Shown here: piece by piece, positions 1 to 14,258 of the stretch
Numbering within the stretch: position 1 is the first letter of the stretch
Layout: every line of letters begins with the position of its first letter
Source: Octopus bimaculoides
Taxonomy: Eukaryota
Assembly (NCBI RefSeq): GCF_001194135.2
Contig: NC_068988.1
Coordinates: forward strand, 72,205,256 to 72,269,255
DNA: 64,000 nt
Reading direction: 5' to 3'
The notes under the pieces: generated by a model
What the model saw: the letters and a program-made list of their open reading frames with translations, nothing else
The model's database searches: none
What the model was told of the DNA's origin: nothing
Translations under genes and position numbers: made by a program

Positions 1-69
1 TGTATATATGTATGTATGTATGCCTCTTCTATTTTTTAATTATTATAAATCTTCCACTGAGGAGAGAGT

Positions 70-402
70 CGGTTTCCAACAAAGATACAAGGCTCCATTT
101 TTGGGGTACAGATTGGGCTTGTAATGTACGAATTACCCGGTCGATTTCTCTTTCTGAAATTCCCAGTTTATCGGATTTTCCTTTAATAAAACCTATTGCT
201 CCAATTATTATTGTATGAATATGAATTCATAGTCTGGATATAAAAGCTGGAAGTTTCGAAGCAGTTATCCATAGACATGCTCTTTTTCGTTGATTTTCGA
301 AGAGATATATATATCTGTAGGGCAGCTGAACTTTATGATGGTACATACCTTTGCCCCTCTGTCCCAAACAACAATATCCGGCCTGTTATGTTTATATTTG
401 AC

Positions 403-433
<31 letters not shown>

Positions 434-513
434 TGTATGTATGTATGTAGGTATGTATTTATGCATGTATGCATGAACGTATGCATGCATATACACTGAT
501 AGATAGATAGATT

Positions 514-571
<58 letters not shown>

Positions 572-960
572 CATGTATACATACATTGCATACATACGTA
601 TATCTACATACGCACGCGCGTGTGTTTGTGTATGCATCGTGCGTGTGTATATTATGAGAGATGAGTGAAAAAATGTGAGACTGAGAAGAGTTGGGTTGAA
701 AGGGTAAGAGAGATTAAAGAAAGATTAAAAGCGAAAGAAAAACGGTATCTATGTACGTCACTTCAACATCCCAGCTACGTTCCTATTCCGTGGCACCTTC
801 CAAACTTATTTCATTACTTTTGTTGTTTATATTGTCTGATCAGTATTTTTCCTCAAGGGTGCTTCAGACCTAAGTTTGTTTTTTATGCCTGCAAAACCCT
901 AGATTCCACCTGGATCTCTTAACTAACCAGATTTACGATAACAATCGTTTTCTGGGAATT
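70..960 (-). mobile_element. Decayed RLE-type (R4/Dong-like) non-LTR retrotransposon, C-terminal part, interrupted by (TACA)n/(TAGA)n microsatellites
   Basis: Minus-strand translation HNRPDIVVWDRGAKVCTIIKFSCPTDIYISSKINEKEHVYG, then IIIGAIGFI, matches the PD..D/E..K restriction-like endonuclease motif (RPDIVV...EK...Y...IIGALG). A degenerate CCHC-like stretch lies at about 770-830. Stops and frameshifts are present. Confidence 0.7.
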
Positions 961-980
961 CTGAAACTCGAGTTCTAGGT

Positions 981-1012
<32 letters not shown>

Positions 1013-1879
1013 GTTCAAACAAGAAAAACGACAAAAAACAACAACGCGAGGACGTGATACAGGTATTGTGTTACTNNNNNNNNNNNNNNNNNNNNNNNNN
1101 NNNNNNNNNNNNNNNNNNNNNNNNNNNNNNNNNNNNNNNNNNNNNNNNNNNNNNNNNNNNNNNNNNNNNNNNNNNNNNNNNNNNNNNNNNNNNNNNNNNN
1201 NNNNNNNNNNNNNNNNNNNNNNNNNNNNNNNNNNNNNNNNNNNNNNNNNNNNNNNTATATATTTGAAGTTATCTCCTCAGATTTTCTATAGATATTAAAG
1301 TCAGTACTGCATGTTACATCAATGTAAATGATCGAGTACATTACTTAAATAGCTACAAAGAATAGTGGTATTCGTGGATGGTTAATGGGTCAGATGTGGT
1401 GATGGGAAGGAACAATAACTCCTGAAATATGCATATACACTTATTCATGTGTCTCTTCAGACAATCAAGAGAATGATGACATTTATTATATGATAGGCGC
1501 TGCTAACGCAGGTGGGACACCGTTTTGATTTACAAGCCTTAAACGCACTTGATATATATCTTTCAGGTGATGAATATATATTTCTAGCTAACTTTGGTGC
1601 TTAAAACTAACGAGACCAGCCTTAAAACAACACAAAAGCTGATTATTTAATTGGATTCTTTATATAAATTAGATATTGTTTCTTAACGTCTCATTTCAAA
1701 CTCAAGTTGTAGGTGAAGACTATTGAAAAAACTAGTGTAAAATTATATGGTAAATTCAGTAACGGTAGTTTCTCATCCTGTTTTAAAACAGAGCAATTAC
1801 AATTATTATTGTCATATCATCATGAAACACTTGAAGATATTTCTAAATTTATCAAAACATGAAACTTTTCTGAGAATTA

Positions 1880-2050
1880 CCCATAAGGCGCATCATGGTT
1901 CAGTGAATCAAAGGCCTTTGTTGTATCCCTAAAGAAATGATAGAAGTCAATCCTCTGCTCAATGTCGACTAGATTTCATCACATTATAATCTGATGTTAA
2001 CAGATTATAATCTATGAACAGTAAAGCATCTTCCGTACCTGATACCACCT
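1880..2050 (-). mobile_element. Short RTE-like LINE reverse transcriptase remnant
   Basis: Minus strand reads FFRDTTKAFDSLNHDA, resembling the RT motif F(V/I)DLTKAFDSVNH. Confidence 0.5.
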
Positions 2051-2699
2051 CTACAGTCCTAATAAAACAGATCTTGATTCTTCAGTAAAGGAAAATTGTC
2101 GAGGAGGCAAAGAAAAATGATCGATATTAGTAGTCTTTATCGACCCTGGATAAATGATACGTAAATTTTACTCAAACGGATTTTTAAACTTTCAACCGTA
2201 AAACAATAGAATAAATGGAATATATCGCTCAGTCAAGCATTCACATCTTAATTCACAAGGAAACTTACTAATTTATATAGGAATATATTAGAATATTGAT
2301 TTATTTTAATAAAGTATCATTTTGAATTGATTGAAAAATTTATTACTGGTACAGATTTTGTCCACCTTCCTGAGTGATGATACATTTTAGAATGTTCAGA
2401 AAACAAACTAAATATTTTAAAACATTTTCCCTATCTCTTTACTTGTCCATCAGTGAATATGTGTTTCACTATGAGTTCTACTACGTTCACAAATTTCCTT
2501 CATTTAATTCTGTGTCCAGGCTGTGTTTAGTGAAAGCTCTGACCATTTTGACACAACTAAGATACATTACAGTTACAGAAAGATGAAGATCTCAGCGGTA
2601 TCACTCCGACCCAATAAAATATGAACTCCTCTTTATCACCATCCTCTGGTATATTTTGGAAACATTCTAACTGAAAAAGCTGAAAAAAACAGTGATCAC

Positions 2700-3200
2700 T
2701 TTTAGTGCGTCCCTTTCTCCTACAAGATAATTACCTATGTATACCAGTGGCAATCGATTGAAAGTTATTTCACCTCGTCAGAAACGCAATACAACAGCAA
2801 AAATGGAATGCAAACTGCAGAACATTCTGCTAACATCTTAATGACTCAAACAGCAAAGATCTTTGTATTAAGTTTGTAAAATCTGGTTTGTATATTTACA
2901 AGCAAGTTGATTACTTTAAATACTTGCAAGCAACTTATCTAACTACTGAATCGTGAAACAGTTATACTAAAGAAATACCAATGTTTCGACTCAGTGATTA
3001 CTCCGTTTCTTTTCTAAGCAGTCGTATATAAACATGTGTCGTATACTATCAACTTATTGATTCCTTTTGAGCACCGCTAAAGTTCTAACGCATTGTTTCA
3101 AGAAATGATACAGTGAACAGGCTTCAACTGTCTTTCTCACTGCATGTACTCATTCTTCATAAAAACGTATGCTGTCTCTTCTCTTGGCCTTTGATTATTG
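2700..3200 (+). mobile_element. Highly decayed LINE RT remnant (RTE-like)
   Basis: QVDYFKYL at about 2902-2925 resembles the post-YADD (E)QVDKFKYLGS motif; the rest is heavily frameshifted. Confidence 0.3.
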
Positions 3201-5399
3201 TTCGGTGGTTTCGGCTATAAGTAATGAAAATATTTTCAACAGAAAATAATACGCAAGTATGCCAACTAGATATGCGCTGCAGATAATCTACCGACAAATC
3301 CAGACGTAATTACGTAAGGAGTTCAAAAGGAATTTTATACATTTCATTGTTTGTGGAAAGTTGTTAAAGAGCGATTATTTACGAGGACAGTTGTCGTTTA
3401 TGGAGTTTATTTTTCTTCCTGAAATCTCATAAATGAATGTATAAATAAATAAATAGATCGAATATCATATGTAATTTTAGGTCTTCTATATGTTTAGTAA
3501 CTATTTAGTTTATAAATACAGCCGATGTTCTTGCTGATGCATTTCTTTTAAGGTAGACATTTCCCTCAAGTAACAGACCAGGTTTCACATAAGCACCACA
3601 TCCCCCACCACCACCACAATCCTTATAGATCATTTTGAGTACCATCTCTATATGGAGCTAAAATTAGATACCTATGCTCAGACTGAGATTAGTGATAGTG
3701 CATATACCCATTGATATATGCAAGGAAGGTGCAATACGACACAACGCCATATTGATTACGATGTTTCCTGATCAACACCAACATTTTGAATTAAGAATGT
3801 ACAAAATCAGTCAAAAAATTAGGAAACTACACTCATTAACATTTTCTAGTAAATTACGCAAATTGGCAATGCTTATGGCATCATCGGTGAGCAGCTCTCC
3901 ATCCACTTTATACACTAAATTTCACATTTATCACCCCTATTAACCCGTTTAGAACAGTTAGATTTTGCTATAACGCACATTTTCCACTGAACTCAACTAG
4001 AGTATTTTCGTGACTAGGTGAACACTAGATTGATAGTTGAGCTGTAATTGGCTGTATGCAAACGAGGTCGTAACTGGAATCCAGAACCTGGTAGGAAAAA
4101 AGATTTCGCCGTCCGGGTGACCCAGGAATATACCGATAAATGGTGAATGTAGCAACGCATTGCAATGGCGCATGTCCCATCATCTGACCTGCCTTGATGT
4201 GGTTTACATATTTTAAACTTTTGATCACTAATTTCATGAAAACTTCGTCTTTAGTTTAATTTCACGCACGAAAACATACACACTGTAGCTGAACACATTT
4301 TGTATGTAAGTTGTAAATAAATAACTATAGAACTTCAAAATAAATCGACTACTGGTGAATTTATATATACTAAATTTCAAGCGGACAAGCTTGGGTAAAT
4401 GGCGAGCGGAACTATGAAAATGTGCACCGTTATCTTAAGCGAATCCACCTTGATGTATATACATACATACACACATACATACATGCATACATACATATAT
4501 ATACATACATACATGTTTGTGTGTGTGTGTGTGTGTNNNNNNNNNNNNNNNNNNNNNNNNNNNNNNNNNNNNNNNNNNNNNNNNNNNNNNNNNNNNNNNN
4601 NNNNNNNNNNNNNNNNNNNNNNNNNNNNNNNNNNNNNNNNNNNNNNNNNNNNNNNNNNNNNNNNNNNNNNNNNNNNNNNNNNNNNNNNNNNNNNNNNNNN
4701 NNNNNNNNNNNNNNNNNNNNNNNNNNNNNNNNNNNNNNNNNNNNNNNNNNNNNNNNNNNNNNNNNNNNNNNNNNNNNNNNNNNNNNNNNNNNNNNNNNNN
4801 NNNNNNNNNNNNNNNNNNNNNNNNNNNNNNNNNNNNNNNNNNNNNNNNNNNNNNNNNNNNNNNNNNNNNNNNNNNNNNNNNNNNNNNNNNNNNNNNNNNN
4901 NNNNNNNNNNNNNNNNNNNNNNNNNNNNNNNNNNNNNNNNNNNNNNNNNNNNNNNNNNNNNNNNNNNNNNNNNNNNNNNNNNNNNNNNNNNNNNNNNNNN
5001 NNNNNNNNNNNNNNNNNNNNNNNNNNNNNNNNNNNNNNNNNNNNNNNNNNNNNNNNNNNNNNNNNNNNNNNNNNNNNNNNNNNNNNNNNNNNNNNNNNNN
5101 NNNNNNNNNNNNNNNNNNNNNNNNNNNNNNNNNNNNNNNNNNNNNNNNNNNNNNNNNNNNNNNNNNNNNNNNNNNNNNNNNNNNNNNNNNNNNNNNNNNN
5201 NNATATATGTATATAATCTTTTGCCCAACCGCTAAGTTACGTAAATACACGTTCACCAGTGGTCAAACAGTGGTGGGGGTCAAACGCAGACACAAAGACA
5301 CACTAACTTCTGTTTCTCGTCAGTTCAAATTCTGATGCCAATAAGTTAACTATGGTAGCATCCCCAAATCTATTTTTATTTTAAAATCTAAATGCAAAA

Positions 5400-6450
5400 T
5401 CCATATTATACAGCTATATAAAATATGAAACTATATAGATACAAGGAAGCAAATTGTAAGTATTGCACTGACTTGGGGCCACTACAGTTCATAGTGGCTT
5501 TCTCAGATATGCTCAAGAACTGGAAAACCACCTCACAAGCTATGCAGATGAAATACGAGGTTCAGAGAACCCTGAACATCCCATACACCAGCAACAAGTG
5601 TTAAATGCGATATACAAGTTTGCTGAAGACAATAACATGCAGTATAACGCTGAAAAGCTCCACGCCGTATACTATCAGTAGGCAAAGTTAAATGTAAAAC
5701 ACACAAAATACATTGGACCAGGAAAGATTACAGTCCCTTAGTTACAATCAGTGCATGACCTGAGTATTGACATGAATAATAACGTATGCTTCCATGAACA
5801 TATTACTAAGTTGACAATAAAATTCAGGCAGCTAGCGGGACTCATGCTTAGAACCTTCGGAACAATAGGACAGGAAACTTTGAGAATCCTCAGGAGGACT
5901 TTTGCCCTAAGCCATATTGACTATTGCTCTCAACTATGGTCACCACATAGTGTAAAACTAATGGCCGAGCTCGAAGCAATTCAATGGAACAACACAAAGT
6001 AGATAATCGCAATCCAGCAGATTAACGAGTGGGAAAGACTCAAAGGATTAAGACTGCTCGCTGAGACGAAGGCACGAAAGATATGTTGTAATATGCATTT
6101 GGAAGATCCTGGAATGACTTACCCCAAACTTTGACGTATAAAGGTACACTAACACCAGCAGGGGGCGTCATTTCATAGTGACAAAGACCCTAAATTTGTC
6201 ATCAACACAGTACCCTATTTGCCATAGCTTGAAATTCAAGGGCCCACAGCTCTCCGATACCGTCTTGAAAGATTTGAGAAACCTATATGAGATGGATATA
6301 GATGATTTCAAAAGAAAACTGAATCTCCTACAATCAAGAGTCCCAGAAAGAAAAAAAACTTCACAACAGGAAACACAATTGAGAGCGGCATCAAACTTTA
6401 TCATTCATTAAATTTAAACTATTAAAGGAGGATTATTGAAGGCGTAACAA
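5400..6450 (+). mobile_element. 5'-truncated CR1/L2-group LINE (RT and 3' end), decayed
   Basis: Translations LGPLQFIVAFSDM, TSYADE (YADD-like), YKFAEDNNMQYNAEKL, IDYCSQLWSPHSVKLMAELEAIQ and DFKRKLNLL occur in the expected order with stops and frameshifts. Confidence 0.8.
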
Positions 6451-6911
6451 CACCAATTGGTAGGACCTCACCATTGGTAGAATCTCGAGCTGAAGCTAAT
6501 AAAAGAATAGTTGTGACAAAAGAGATTTTTAAGAAACTACAGGAAATGTGCAAAAGCAACCTATGAAGCAAAGCTCTTGAAAATAAGAGTTTCGACAGAT
6601 ATTATAAGCCAAGAGAGGACTGTTGATGTGAAATATTCACACAGCTTATGGAATTACCTGCATTTATCACTCCATAAGCTTGATATTCAAGAGTGAGCAG
6701 AGACAAACATAAAGACAAGTATACGAAATGCTGCAGCATTATGCACTAACTACATACACCATTATTAACTGCATACTAACAACGTGAACCATCACTAACT
6801 ATATGCTAACCATACATACAAACACTGGCTTATCTATTAACTATATTTTCCACTTCTAACTCATATACTAAATACATGAACAGCCATTAACTGCAAGAAC
6901 TATTACTTATT

Positions 6912-7010
6912 CACTAACTACATGTACCACTGTTAAGTATACACTAACTACATGTACCACTGTTAAGTATACACTAACTACATGTTCTACTGTACACCAA
7001 CTACATGTAC
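6912..7010. repeat. 30-bp minisatellite (CACTAACTACATGTACCACTGTTAAGTATA)
   Basis: Two exact units at 6912-6971 plus partial third and fourth units; degenerate CACTAACTA-type units extend upstream to about 6745. Confidence 0.9.
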
Positions 7011-7350
7011 CATTCCTAGCTCATACATTAATTTCTTTTCCTTTTTTCATATACAGTGTTCTAACATTGTGCTACTAATGATACATCACGTATTGTAGGT
7101 ATTACTGTTAAGTCGACAGTTTGTTACTATTACATTCTAAATACCAACTAGTTTATCCAATTAACATCTCTTATCGTCTGACTATCATAATCTACATGCT
7201 TTAAACTCTCTTTACTTATAAATCTCACCCTCTCTTTACCAATCTATGTTATTTCAATCGCTATCTGTATGTCTAATTCTCTGATACTTTTTATCAATCT
7301 TGTTTATTTTCTCTACGCCGCTATCGCATCCTCCCACTCTTGATTTTCTG

Positions 7351-7427
<77 letters not shown>

Positions 7428-8509
7428 CCCTCTCTTTCTCTCACTATCTCCCTCTCTCCCTCCCTCTCTGTATCTCTCTTTCAATGTCTGTTTCTCTGTC
7501 TGTATGTCTATCTATCAATCTATCTTGTTCTCACTGTCTCTCACTTACTCAGTTATATTTAGCATTCTCGCTAATTCGATAAATATGACTGAATAATTCG
7601 CGATATCAAAGTATTGGATTTGTTACCAATTGCCATCAAGCGCTACCAATTGTCACACACACATACATACTTGTAGTCTATAATTCCTCGAAATGGAGAT
7701 GGTTTCTATAAATCAAGGTCTTATTTGGCATGTTAATCATAATATCCTTATTCATCCTTGTTGTTCAAATACACGCTACTGACCACTCTAAGTTATTTCT
7801 CTCAACGGGTTTTCATTTTGTATAGATGTGTGTGTATGAGTAAATGAAATGAAAACGAGCTAAGCGAAATAACAGAGTGGTATATTCAATAGCATACAAG
7901 ATAAAGTTTTGATTTATTGAAATTATCTCCATCTCCAGAAAGGGCACCACATATACATGAGAATGGAATATAAACTCGAGAATCAAAAGTTCTCCAAAGA
8001 TGAAGTAACTTTAAGGAAAACAAAATTCTTTCTTTTAATAAGTACATTGTTTGTGAATTCGAGATTAGTTTTGTTTGTTGTGCATGTTTATATGACTATA
8101 CTACTGTGTTACATAATGTTGTGTGCGCATATATATGTATGCACACATGTATATAATTTGTATGTGTGCAGCGTATATACTATGCATGTACCTACACATC
8201 CAAGTTAATGGTGTAACTTGGAGTAAATTATAAAACAACTGTAAACATATAGGCTTCCAAAGAATAAGTCCTGGGGTCGATTAGCTCAACAAATAAAAGA
8301 GAAAAAAGAGATATGTATGAGAATACCTTCCTAAAACAAAACACAAATCTGCACATATACATACATACATACATACATACATACAAAAATACCCTGTTGG
8401 TGTTGTTGAAATTCCCATGAAGGAGCCCTGGATCTAGGTTAGTAACCGACTCTTTCTCTATTGACAAGAAATCTCGAACTAATACTTAATAATGACATAC
8501 ATACATAAA

Positions 8510-8540
<31 letters not shown>

Positions 8541-8559
8541 TCTTTCTTCTATTCTTTCC

Positions 8560-9900
8560 TTTCATGGTTTCAGGCAGGGGTTGTGGTCATGCATTAGCGT
8601 TAAATGCAAGTTTAGTTTTGGCTCATTTTCTAGTCCTGTCTCTGAAATAGGTCCTGATGAAGCAGTATGTAGGAAAGAGTTTCTCTTTACGTTTCTTGAC
8701 ACGATATGGATTCATCTGCTGATGAATAATTTAAAAATTAAAAATTTATCTAAACGTTCTTTGAGCACATCTACACTTTGTAGATCTCTGAGGCCTTTTG
8801 ACAAGGTATTGAACAGTTGTGGGACATTGAATTCTAAGCTGGAACAGTACAGGGGCCTTACTCTAAACGAAGATGGTGAGATTTTTAGTACTATGCAATG
8901 ACGTCCAGTTCTCAATCGCAAAATTTGGAGCTAGATTTTCCAGAATCTTCCGTGTATATATCACTATATATCTTTCATGTCTTCTCTCTAAGAAGTAAAG
9001 TCTTAATTCTTTTAGCCTGTCCCACTAGCCCTTCTTGAATTGCCTCGAGTTTTACTGTTAGTTTGACGCTTGGTAGTAACCCTAATTGGGATTAGTAATC
9101 CAGGCGAATGAGAACGAATGTTCTCCACAGGAGTAGCAGGGTTTTCTTTTAGCGTCTTCTGAATAATCTAAGAATCCAACCAGTCAGTCGCTTACACATT
9201 GTTACCATCTGAGTAACATGCACACGGAATGATGCATCGGCACTCATGTAGATTCCAAGGTCACGCACCAGCTCTGACTCTGGAACAGCAAGACCCCTGG
9301 TCCTATATTCTGATTGCAGTCTGTTGGTGGGTCGAAAGCGGAGTGCTTGAAACTAGTCAGCATTACTGCATGTTTTCTGCAGCCCTCCTGTAGGTTGTGT
9401 TCAGGACTTTCTTTAGTTTTTAATTATTATCAAAGTCCTTGACTGCTTGTGATATCTTTGTACCATGAGCACGGCTGGAGAGAGGATGACTGTAAGAGCT
9501 ACCACAAACAGATTTGGACCAGTACAGTTCCCTGAGGGATACCATTTAGTATTGATATCTCCTCAATGAAAGCACAATTGGCTGCGACTATCTGATTTTA
9601 TTTTTTTAAAAAGCCATGCAGTCACTCCCCTAAATTTTCCAATGATACCAAGGTCATGTTTGTGATATATTATCGAGTTTGTCATCGGTCTTGGTGAAAT
9701 CTAGATTTATCCTATCCGCATCTAAACGGTTCAGTCGTAAAACTGTAGTCGCTGTGTGAGGCAGATCCTTCATAGATGGAAGCCGCGCTACGTGTTTATG
9801 AGCAAGCTGTTTTCTTTTTGGAACGCGATTAGCTTCCTTATTACGATACATTCCATCACTTTGCTAACCGGAGAGATAAACCTGTAATTCTTAACATCTG
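8560..9900 (-). mobile_element. CR1/L2-group LINE remnant (same broad family as 5400-6450)
   Basis: Minus-strand INLDFTKTDDKLD (YLDFAKAFDKVDH-like), HGTKISQ, and LEFNVPQLFNTLSKGLRDLQSVDVLKERLDKFL 3' region. Confidence 0.8.
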
Positions 9901-10765
9901 CTCTGCTTCTTTAATTATGAATAGAGCAAGTGATAAATTCTCTCAACATTATGTTTGTCACATACGGGGAAAGTCTGAAAAAGCGCCTGCAGTGGTTTTG
10001 CAAAAGCCNNNNNNNNNNNNNNNNNNNNNNNNNNNNNNNNNNNNNNNNNNNNNNNNNNNNNNNNNNNNNNNNNNNNNNNNNNNNNNNNNNNNNNNNNNNN
10101 NNNNNNNNNNNNNNNNNNNNNNNNNNNNNNNNNNNNNNNNNNNNNNNNNNNNNNNNNNNNNNNNNNNNNNNNNNNNNNNNNNNNNNNNNNNNNNNNNNNN
10201 NNNNNNNNNNNNNNNNNNNNNNNNNNNNNNNNNNNNNNNNNNNNNNNNNNNNNNNNNNNNNNNNNNNNNNNNNNNNNNNNNNNNNNNNNNNNNNNNNNNN
10301 NNNNNNNNNNNNNNNNNNNNNNNNNNNNNNNNNNNNNNNNNNNNNNNNNNNNNNNNNNNNNNNNNNNNNNNNNNNNNNNNNNNNNNNNNNNNNNNNNNNN
10401 NNNNNNNNNNNNNNNNNNNNNNNNNNNNNNNNNNNNNNNNNNNNNNNNNNNNNNNNNNNNNNNNNNNNNNNNNNNNNNNNNNNNNNNNNNNNNNNNNNNN
10501 NNNNNNNNNNNNNNNNNNNNNNNNNNNNNNNNNNNNNNNNNNNNNNNNNNNNNNNNNNNNNNNNNNNNNNNNNNNNNNNNNNNNNNNNNNNNNNNNNNNN
10601 NNNNNNNNNNNNNNNNNNNNNNNNNNNNNNNNNNNNNNNNNNNNNNNNNNNNNNNNNNNNNNNNNNNNGTGGTCAGCTGAAGAGCACAAAGCAACACCAT
10701 AAATAGGCCATGCGCCCTTTCACAGAAACACACAAACACACACACACACTCACACACATACACAT

Positions 10766-10837
<72 letters not shown>

Positions 10838-10874
10838 AATCAAAGACATGAACATATATATATACATATACATA

Positions 10875-11040
10875 TAAGACTTGTTTCCACACCGTTTCCT
10901 TTTACCAGATTCACTCACAAGACACTGGTCGGTCCCGGGCTCCAATAGAAGACAGTTGCACCAAGTCCGTGCAGTGGGACTAAGCCCGAAACCATGTAGT
11001 TATAAAGTGAACTTATAAATAGAAATTTCTTAACCACACA
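10875..11040 (-). mobile_element. CORE-type tRNA-derived SINE (family B), 5' part
   Basis: Reverse complement resembles the family head GTGTGGTTAAGAA...GGTTCAGTCCCACTGCGTGGCACCTTGGGCAAGTGTCTTCTA seen in other copies in the window. Confidence 0.75.
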
Positions 11041-11084
11041 AGAGTGCATGCGCATATTTAGACAGATAGACAGACAGACATATG

Positions 11085-11134
<50 letters not shown>

Positions 11135-13659
11135 AAGATATAACATATATTAATAAAGATATATATATATACATCTTATATATACATATACATCTTATAT
11201 TTATATCTACCTATATATATACGTATATATATATACGTATATATATATATATATATNNNNNNNNNNNNNNNNNNNNNNNNNNNNNNNNNNNNNNNNNNNN
11301 NNNNNNNNNNNNNNNNNNNNNNNNNNNNNNNNNNNNNNNNNNNNNNNNNNNNNNNNNNNNNNNNNNNNNNNNNNNNNNNNNNNNNNNNNNNNNNNNNNNN
11401 NNNNNNNNNNNNNNNNNNNNNNNNNNNNNNNNNNNNNNNNNNNNNNNNNNNNNNNNNNNNNNNNNNNNNNNNNNNNNNNNNNNNNNNNNNNNNNNNNNNN
11501 NNNNNNNNNNNNNNNNNNNNNNNNNNNNNNNNNNNNNNNNNNNNNNNNNNNNNNNNNNNNNNNNNNNNNNNNNNNNNNNNNNNNNNNNNNNNNNNNNNNN
11601 NNNNNNNNNNNNNNNNNNNNNNNNNNNNNNNNNNNNNNNNNNNNNNNNNNNNNNNNNNNNNNNNNNNNNNNNNNNNNNNNNNNNNNNNNNNNNNNNNNNN
11701 NNNNNNNNNNNNNNNNNNNNNNNNNNNNNNNNNNNNNNNNNNNNNNNNNNNNNNNNNNNNNNNNNNNNNNNNNNNNNNNNNNNNNNNNNNNNNNNNNNNN
11801 NNNNNNNNNNNNNNNNNNNNNNNNNNNNNNNNNNNNNATATATATATATATGTATATGTATATATGTACGTGTATATATACATACAAGCATACACACCGG
11901 CATACATACATTCATACATACATTCATACATACATACATACATATACACATATATACGTATGTATGTATGTATATATGTCCTCACACTGGTTCTTTTTAT
12001 TCTCCCCCCACCCCCTATTTCTTAGTCACATTTTTTTCTTCCCTACATACTTCTCTACTCTCCTACTATTTCTTGACAGTCCACCTCCTTCGCCGCACTT
12101 ACCGCCGTCATTATCTACGGAATCAAAACAAGCTGATGTGATTTTAACGCGATACAAACGCTTTAGGTTAATGCTTCACATTCAGAAGGATTTTCAGTTA
12201 CGTATACAGAGACGCATACATCCGATTACGTATCCTGATACATTTTAAGCTCATTTTTCATTGAAATGTAATACAGTATCTGTCTATAAAGTCAACGTTT
12301 TAACTTATAGATAGAAACATCTTACAAGAAACAAACAGGTGACTCTAACGCCCACATTTACTTCTCAAAACACCTACGTTGAAATTATAGAATTTATATT
12401 AGCGAAAGTAATTCACTACTGCTATCAATTAAAGAAATATATTCATGACGACAACCACTAGAAAAATAACTGTTTCTACTTTATATCATCTACTAGTCGA
12501 TCTGCTTATCAACCCAACATCACTTTCGATGGGATGAAATTCTCAAAGCCTGATACAGGAAAGCTGAAGGTAAAAGAACTCCTTTTTTTCTTTCTTCACA
12601 CACATCAACGTTAAGTTTTCAAGTCTTTGTAAAGTTTTGTGCGAATATACAATTCATTCTAACATACACGTCAATATTGTTTTCTTAAACACACGCGAGC
12701 GATCATATATATGTGTAAGTGTGTGAGTGTGTGTGTGTACGTATATATATATATAATATTAGGGACAAAATCCAAAATTACAGGTAAAAACTCAATTAAA
12801 ATCAATTTATAAAAAAATCAAAATTAAATTGAGCATTATAGATAAAATATATATAAAATATATAGTTTTAGGAAAAATAACCAAGTTTCAAGAACTCATC
12901 GATGAAAATCCACTATCACATATAGAAAAATTAACAATTAAAAGCACGATAAATGAGTATAATATAAAACAAAGTAAATATCATAAGATNNNNNNNNNNN
13001 NNNNNNNNNNNNNNNNNNNNNNNNNNNNNNNNNNNNNNNNNNNNNNNNNNNNNNNNNNNNNNNNNNNNNNNNNNNNNNNNNNNNNNNNNNNNNNNNNNNN
13101 NNNNNNNNNNNNNNNNNNNNNNNNNNNNNNNNNNNNNNNNNNNNNNNNNNNNNNNNNNNNNNNNNNNNNNNNNNNNNNNNNNNNNNNNNNNNNNNNNNNN
13201 NNNNNNNNNNNNNNNNNNNNNNNNNNNNNNNNNNNNNNNNNNNNNNNNNNNNNNNNNNNNNNNNNNNNNNNNNNNNNNNNNNNNNNNNNNNNNNNNNNNN
13301 NNNNNNNNNNNNNNNNNNNNNNNNNNNNNNNNNNNNNNNNNNNNNNNNNNNNNNNNNNNNNNNNNNNNNNNNNNNNNNNNNNNNNNNATATATATACAAA
13401 CACACGTATACATTCATAGATGCACACACACTAAAGATGGTACATATATCTTAATATATAAACATCTTTATTCCAAAACAGTACATATGCTCTCTTATGA
13501 ATTAGAAAATATCTCGACCTGTATCTCTTGAATTGTGATTACGCTTACATGACTTCCTACCATTTAAATGAAATTTTGAAAGTTATTACATTTACCGTGT
13601 TAAGCAAAAAACAATGCTTCGGTGTCCAGTGAGATGATGATACTAATAGTAACAGTCCT

Positions 13660-13870
13660 TTCTACAATAGGTACAAGGTTTGTAATTTCGGGGGTGGAAT
13701 ATGGTAGATTACATGACCCCTGTATTTGACTAGTATTTATTTTATCGACACTGAAAGAATGAAAGGCAAAGTCGACATCGGTGGAATTTGAACTCGGAGC
13801 ATAAAGACAGACAAAATGCCACAAAGCATTTTACCCGGCGTACTAACGATTGTTCCAGCTCGCTGCCTTA
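13660..13870 (-). mobile_element. tRNA-derived SINE family A
   Basis: Matches the window consensus AAGGCGGCGAGCTGGCAGAATCGTTAG...GAGTTCAAATTCC (B box)...GTCGACTTTGCCTTTCATCC...GTCGATAAAAT.AGTAC. Confidence 0.85.
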
Positions 13871-13881
13871 GTAACAACAGT

Positions 13882-14065
13882 AATAATCCTTTCTACTAAA
13901 GACACAAGACCGGAAATTTAGGGCTAGAGGACTAGTCGATTACTGTGTTTAACTGGTACTTAATTTATCGATCCCGAAAGGATGAAAGACAAAGTCGACC
14001 TCGGCAACATTGAACTCAGGATGTAAAGACATACGAAATGTCGCTAAGCATTTTGTCCGGCGTGG
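13882..14065 (-). mobile_element. tRNA-derived SINE family A, 5'-truncated
   Basis: Contains GATGAAAGACAAAGTCGACCTCGG...GAACTCAGG...CTAAGCATTTTGTCCGGCGTG, the reverse complement of the family consensus. Confidence 0.85.
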
Positions 14066-14070
14066 TTGTT

Positions 14071-14258
14071 CAGGCAGCGACCAGGCAGAATCGTTACCAC
14101 GACGGACAAAATGCTTAGAGATATTTCTTCCTGCTCTTTACGTTCTGAGTTCAAATTCCACCGATGAAATAAGAACCAGAAGATTGGAACCGCCATAAAC
14201 GATTACGCTCGACCCACAAAATTTAAGGCCACGTGCCTACAGTAGAAAGAATTATCAT
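14071..14258 (+). mobile_element. tRNA-derived SINE family A, internally deleted
   Basis: AGGCAGCGACCAGGCAGAATCGTTACCACG...GAGTTCAAATTCC head and ...AAATTTAAGGCCACGTGCCTACAGTAGAAAGAATTAT tail. Confidence 0.85.

Noticed and set aside
1881-1928. Apparent 48-nt minus-strand exon with good AG/GT sites
   Set aside because: It translates to DTTKAFDSLNHDA, a LINE RT motif.
6912-7010. 30-bp repeats as a possible CRISPR array
   Set aside because: Units are contiguous with no unique spacers, there are no cas genes, and the context is eukaryotic.
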